From: the human T2T-CHM13v2.0 reference genome, Homo sapiens | Length of the DNA stretch: 64,000 nt | NCBI RefSeq assembly: GCF_009914755.1 | Contig: NC_060928.1 | Reading direction: 5' to 3' (one strand) | In this document: in pieces, positions 58,007-64,000 of the stretch | Position numbering within the stretch: the stretch's first letter is position 1 | Layout: each line of letters starts with the position of its first letter | Notes under the pieces: model-generated | Told to the model about the DNA's origin: nothing | The model's input: the letters and a program-made list of their open reading frames with translations, nothing else | Databases searched by the model: none | Made by a program: the position numbers and the translations under genes

Positions 58007-58819
58007 GTACTTAGGGAATGCTTGAAGAGTAAAGGGAGTGCTGGGGGACCTGTCTCTTACTCTCTTCTTTTCCTCTCCTCCAACTCCAATCTCTCATGGA
58101 CGCATCTGAGCCTAGAGACAATTGAAGGTCCCCAGCCAGGGCCACTGCCTGGCAGACCAGAAGGTCCTAGTAGAAAGACTTCTGACCACCATCGCCCAAC
58201 TGAGTGACATTTTGGAGTATTGCTTTCCCTTCCAGTCTTCCAGAAGACAAAACTGTACTGTCCCTCTGGCAATTGATGGCTACTGGCCAGGGCCACTCTC
58301 TGGTGTAGCCTAAAGGCCAGGGGTGAACACGTTTGGCTGCCTTGCCCAGAAGAGAGGAAGGCTCCCCTTTCTGGTCAAAAGCCCCCAATCCTTTGTCTAG
58401 TGCAATTAGCCATGGAAGCTCAACCAGGATGAACCTACACATGTTTTGGGAAACTCAGACCCCTCTTTCTCACTCTAAACTCTCCCATGAAGACAACCAG
58501 GCAACCTGCTCCCAATGTCTTAACCCAGGTGATTCCAAACAGCACTGGGACAATGAGTCTTCCCTTAACTTTTTCCCCTCACACTTGGATGGAGGACTCT
58601 GCATAATTCATACCTGGGCTGAGGTGGGGTTGCTCACCCAGTGTTCATCCAGTGGAAGGTCCTAGCGCTCAAAGATCGGGGCACTAGGTGGGACACCCCT
58701 TTGGAAAGTGCATCTTGGAGTCCCTCAGTGGATGTGAGTGGAACCCTTTTCCCTTGGCAGGATGCCCCAATAAAAATTGTGTTTTTTGCACCCCCAGACA
58801 TTTTTTTCCTGGTTCCATC

Positions 58820-60440
58820 ATGGGACAATGCCCCTCCATTCCCTCAGACTTGCTTCTGAGCTGCATTTTAAAGCATTGGGAAAAATTTGACTCTCAAACT
58901 CTCAAAAAGAAACATCTAATTCCCTTGTATAATACAGCATGGCCACCTTATAAACTTCCAGATCAGGAATCCTCCCAGCTTCCAGGAGGTACCCATGCCT
59001 CCAACACTATTTCACAGCTTGGTCTCTTTTGTCATAATTCCTCCATATGGTCTGAAGTTTCTTCTGTCCAGGCTTTCATGAATCTCTATCAGGATCCTGA
59101 TCTGCAATAGACCTGTCAAATGTGCTTGGTTAGATTCTCTGGCCCCATTGACTCTTCTGATATTTTGGACAACCCTTTTTTACTCTCTCCCATTCTCCCT
59201 AACCAGATGAATCAGTTAAGGCCACACCTTCTGCCCCTAACAAACCACCTTCACATTCAATTGCACCTACTTCATCTGCTCCTTCTCCCTCACCTTCCCT
59301 GCAACATCCCAACCTTGGATGTGGTTTTCCAGTGCCTCCTACTCATTCGAGACCCTTCTCCTCTTCACATACTAGGTCAGGGGCCACCTGTGATCCCATT
59401 TCCACTCCTGAAAAAGTTCTGCTGCTCTAGGAGGTGGCAAATGGGAATCTAGGAACCATCAGAGTCCTTGTTCCTTTTCCAAAGTCTAATCTTTCCCAAA
59501 TAGAAACTAAGCTTGTCTCTTTCAGTCAGGACCCTTCTCGCTTCATGAAGGAATTGAGGAGACTTACTGTTTCTTTCAACCTCACTTGGCAGGAGGACAT
59601 CTATATTATTTTCACCACCTGTTGCACTCACGGGGAAAAATCTTGCATTTGGTCTCTGACTCAAAGATGGGCAGATGAGGTGCATGCCCGAAACCCCCAG
59701 GATTCTGATCCTGGGAGTACTTCAGTGCCTGGCATTAATCCTAGGTTGGGTTATCAAGAGGAGACAATAGCAGAGAACACTGTAATCACATGATCACTTA
59801 CCTGATTGAGGCCATGAAAAAAGCCACTATAAGTTGTTCCAAACTAAGTGAAATAACACAAGTGTCAAATGAAAACCCAGCCTATTCCATTCCTAGCTGT
59901 CTGAGGCCATTAGAAAATACATTAACAAGACTGCAAGAGCCCAGAAGGCCTTGCCATCTTGGCTGTTTATTTCATCAACCAGACATCCCCAGATGTTAGA
60001 TATAAACTCCAAAAGTTAGATCAGAGACCACAAACTCTTTTCCCCACATTGCTGGACATGGCCTTCAAGGTCTTCAATTACTGAGAGGAGGTCTGGAGAA
60101 TCAAATGGGATAGGAAGGAATGAGAAAGAGATAGGTGGCTAGCCCACTATATGGCCATCACTATCACTAATTCCTTGTTTATATTAAGGGCCTCAGGCCA
60201 GCCACTGGGAGGTGGCCCAGAGGCCACCAAGGGATCCCCCCTTTGCTATCACTGTTATCAGTCAGAGCACATTAGCTGACACTGCTGAAACCCTCCCTAG
60301 CCATCATCAGGTCCCCAGTGACCACCCTGGTCCATGCCCACACTGCAAACAAGTAGAGCACTGGAAGCAGGATTGCCTCTCTCTCATGTGGGAAAGTCAC
60401 CCATTTACCAGCAATATCAATTGTGGGCCAACATGGGAGA
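58820..60440 (+). pseudogene. gag: Proviral gag, disrupted
   Basis: MGQCPSIP...CILKHWEKFDSQTLKKK matrix; capsid-like LSQIETKLVSFSQDP; two CCHC knuckles; many stops and frameshifts. Confidence 0.9.
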
Positions 60441-60569
60441 AGACTATAAGGAAACTGATGGGAACACAAAGGAAAAACGGATGAACCTCAAGGAGGGCCT
60501 GTCTGTCTCAGAGATTGACAGTACCCAGAGGCCATCCAGCCTTCTGCGTTTTTCACCACTATGGCTGAA

Positions 60570-61880
60570 CCGTAGACATGGCAGGAAGAAGAACTGAGTT
60601 CTTGATCAACACAAAAGCAGATTATTCTGCCCTAATTAATTTCCCAGACCTACTTTTTGGTCCTCGATCTCCCTCACTGGCATAGAAGGTCAGCCAAAAC
60701 AGACATGACTTACTTCTCCTTTACTAAGTACCTTTGGGAAAAATATTTTCACTCATTCTTTCCTCCACGACTTTCATTTTTCACAGATCCTATAAAAATT
60801 CACCTTAAAAATCCCAACTCCTTCTCTAGGAAGCTCCAATATTCTCTAAAGCCTGAAGCTCAAATAAACTTATAGCCCCTAATAGAAAAATTTTTGGCCA
60901 TGGGATTGCTGCATCCTTGTAACTCACGATGTAACACACCCATCTTGATGGTCAAAGGGTCTGATGGTACCTATAGAGTGATACAAGACCTGAGGGCTGT
61001 CAACGAAGCAGTAATCTCAGTACTTCCCATTGGTCCCAATTCTTACACCCTACTAGGGCAAATTCCTTCTGGCACTTCTTGGCTCACCGTACTGTACCTA
61101 AAAGATGCCCTTTTTTGCATTCTGGTACACCTAGACTCTCAATTTTTATTTGCCTTTGAATGGTGAGACCTTTCCACTCATGTTTCCCAACAATTAAGCT
61201 GGGCAGCCCCCACTCGGGGATTTAGAGCTAGCCCACAGCTGTTTGGACAGGCTGTGTCCATGGATCTGTCCAGCTTTCAACTCTCCCTCAATAGAGCCCT
61301 GCTCCTGCTTATTTGCTGTCCAATAGAAAATGCCTCAGACCTGAACATTACTGAAATACTTCAGAGGTTGGCCTCCTGTGATTATAAAGCCAATTCTTCC
61401 AGCGTTCAAATGTCCCCTCAGGAGATTCAATTCCAGGGACTAACATTAACCCCAGGGTCCAAGGGTCTCTCAGACCACCACAAAAATCTTATCTTCTTAT
61501 AACATGGGCATTCCATTCACTAAACAGCAGTTGCAGTCCTTTCTGGGAATAGTACTCTTCTTTCACACTTATACATCTTAGTTTGGACTTATCACAAAGC
61601 TTCTCTAAGAGGAACTACAAGGACCAGAGAAGGAACCCTTACATTAAAACCTTGAGTGGACAATGCCCTGAAAATCCTCGAACAAGCACTCACCACCACC
61701 CCAGGCCCTGGCCTTGCCAGATCTCAGAAAGCCTTTTTATTTGTTTGTACATGAGAGAAGGGGTATCACCCTTGAGACCTCAGGCAGCCGTTGGGTGTCT
61801 CCCAATGGCCAACTGCTTATTTATCAGAAACCCTTGACCTGGTGGCAAGGGAATTGTCTCCATGCCTCTGAGCTCTGGCA
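60570..61880 (+). pseudogene. pol: Proviral pro-pol (protease plus RT), disrupted
   Basis: EFLINTKADYS (dead DTGA motif); NTPILMVK...YRVIQDLRAVN...LKDALFCI...FAFEW; YxDD missing; no RNase H or integrase seen. Confidence 0.9.
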
Positions 61881-61889
61881 TCTGTGGGA

Positions 61890-62983
61890 AAAACATAATT
61901 TGGTACTAGTTAGAATATCTGGCTCAGCCAACCTCAATGCCCCAAATCTTCAAAATATGAACTGTCACTTCAGCACAGGGTGCCCCTCTCCAGACACTTG
62001 TCCTGACCTAACTTCATGGCAAAATTCCAAGATCCCAAATTCTCCTAATATTTGCCTGCAAATTTTCACACTCAGCAATCCAAAATCTTGGATGTTTGTA
62101 GACACTCAATTATTTCATTTTTTGTAGGAAAAAAACCCCACCCAAATGCAAACTTTAACATCCAAACCTTACAGGCTCTTACAACTACTATGCTAGCTAC
62201 TTAGTATTTCTTCTTTGGGTCAAAAGGCCAGAACACACCTCAATTTCTTCACTCTAAATCTAACCTTTTGCCTTAAATCTGAGTGCACTTTCTTCCTCTG
62301 CAGATCAAATGCATATATTTATCATCCAGCCAACTGGACTGGAACTTGTACACTACTTTACTTTGCCTTTGACATCCAAATTGCTCCTTCTAATCAATCG
62401 CTCGCAATCTTGCTTTATAGTTCTAGCAGGGTAGAACGGGCAATCCATCTGATTGCTTTGGCCTAGGGATTGATACTGGATTAAGTACAAGTATAAAACT
62501 TGCAGCCCATGCTTATCATGAACCTTGCAGCTCATACTTAATTAAACCCTCTCATTCGAGCTCACCACTGAGCTCAAATGCATCTCCAACACCATGGAAG
62601 TACTCCACGATCAGATCGACTCCCTAACAGCAGTTGCTCTCTAAAACTGCTGGGGCCTAAATCTGCTTATGGAAGCCCAAAGAGGCATTTGTTTAACCCT
62701 TGAAGAAGAATGTTGTGTTTATGCTAATAAATCAGGAACAGTATGAGACCAGGTGCAAAAGCTCAGGGGCCAAGCTGCTGAAATTGAGGAAAAAGCATCA
62801 CAAGGATGGCCTTCATCGACATCTACTTGGAGATGGTTCTCCTGGTTGCTCTTATTCTCTGAGTCACTAACAGGTATTTTATTATTCCTTCTTTTTGGCC
62901 CTTGCATGTTCAACTTAGTTGTCAAATTTGTGTCTTCTGTAATTCATCAGTTTCACCTTCAAATGATGCTGCAAATCGGATAA
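61890..62983 (+). pseudogene. env: Proviral env 3' half, disrupted
   Basis: PANWTGTCTL, RVERA cleavage-like site, [29 protein letters not shown] (CX6CC), TM LLFLLFGPC. Confidence 0.9.
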
Positions 62984-63272
62984 AAGTCTCTTTCCAATGC
63001 TGCCTGCTACCTTCATGGATCTCCTCTGGATTCAGCCGGACACCAGTTTCTCCTTGACATACTCCCCCTCTCTGATGAGTTCCTTCCTGTAGTGAGATTC
63101 AATATCCTGAGAACCACAGTCTGGGAAAATGACCCCCAGGGTCTCCTGAAATGCCAACAACCATAGGTAGAGTCAACTCTTTGCCCCAGGACAACAGAAA
63201 GTAGTTGGAAGATGAGATCTCCACCTGAATGCCGAAGATTTGTCATCGTCATTCTGCCAGACAAAGGTGGGA

Positions 63273-63651
63273 TTTGGAGTCCTGGAAAGTAAGCAACAAC
63301 GAGGAAAGGGTCCCAGGTGGGAGAAAGCAACTGTTCTGAAAGACAACTAATCACAGGCAACCCACTAGCATGACGACCTGTTTCTAAATACCTCGTTCCA
63401 GTACCGAGTCTCAGCAGCACAGCCTTATCTGCACACCTTGTCTGCATGGAGTCCCTCCAATATGATTCTATAAAACTTCCCTCCAGCCTCTGTCTTTCGA
63501 CAGACAGCTCCTTCTCTGCTGTGTGGCCCCTGCACCCTTGCAACGTATCCTCATACTTTCTCTAATAAATCTGCCTTTCTTTGCCTATGGCTGTCTTAAT
63601 AGATTCATTTACTGACCACAACAACCAGCCTGGCCGGTTGCAACCAGAACA
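63273..63651 (+). repeat. 3' LTR of provirus
   Basis: Preceded by the PPT aaaggtggga; AATAAA near 63564; ends agaaca. Confidence 0.9.
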
Positions 63652-63885
63652 ATTTTCTTTTTGGGTAAACATGATTGTTTTCCCCCTTTATATGACATAC
63701 AGAACTAGGGAAAAAAAATCACCTTCCTGAAGTGTTTAGTAAATCTATTTTAATAGACTGGACTTTTATGGTGTTTTCATGGAAATAGTAACTGAGGCCT
63801 AGGACTTTCATTAAGCAAGATAAATTTTATTTATACAATTAAAAATTAATATAGATGTTACTATAATATTCTTCTTTTCAATCAA

Positions 63886-64000
63886 TGTTGGTTCCTAAGA
63901 CCACCTTCAGAGTCAATGATTTACTGGAAAGACCTGCCAGATTCAGAATACCTGTTATATTCATGGTTATGGTTTATTACAACAAAGGATGCAGCTTAAA
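63886..64000. mobile_element. MER21-like LTR running off the window edge
   Basis: tgttggttcctaagaccacc...catggttatggtttattac. Confidence 0.6.

Larger units (their letters stand above)
57616..63651 (+). mobile_element. Defective class I (ERV1) provirus with MER83-like LTRs
   Basis: Two homologous LTRs, PBS, gag/pro/pol/env remnants and PPT; atttt flanks both ends (57611-57615 and 63652-63656). Confidence 0.95.

Noticed and set aside
62215-62983. Possible domesticated (syncytin-like) env
   Set aside because: Stops in the ISD and ectodomain, a frameshifted fusion peptide and a missing N-terminus.

Overview
AT-rich primate (very probably human) genomic DNA that is intergenic or deep-intronic and dominated by interspersed repeats. 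It contains about 14 Alus (S and J types), many old L1M/L2/MIR fragments, one 5'-truncated L1PA, three DNA-transposon remnants and an unusually large set of LTR elements. The LTR elements include solo ERV1/ERVK/MaLR/ERVL LTRs, a near-complete THE1B element (34610-36892), a decayed ERVL internal region (about 47770-52245) and a 6-kb class I provirus (57616-63651) with a tRNA-Ile PBS and decayed gag/pro/pol/env. No intact protein-coding gene is visible, and almost all listed ORFs are repeat-derived. The most interesting unexplained signal lies in the non-repeat islands: a series of minus-strand exon-like segments, several with good splice signals, whose translations repeatedly resemble fibronectin type III (FN3) strands. 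They may be the remains of a dead multi-exon FN3-repeat gene (a candidate unitary pseudogene). This is an inference by eye and needs homology searches. Repeat subfamily names are from remembered consensus sequences, not from a RepeatMasker run.
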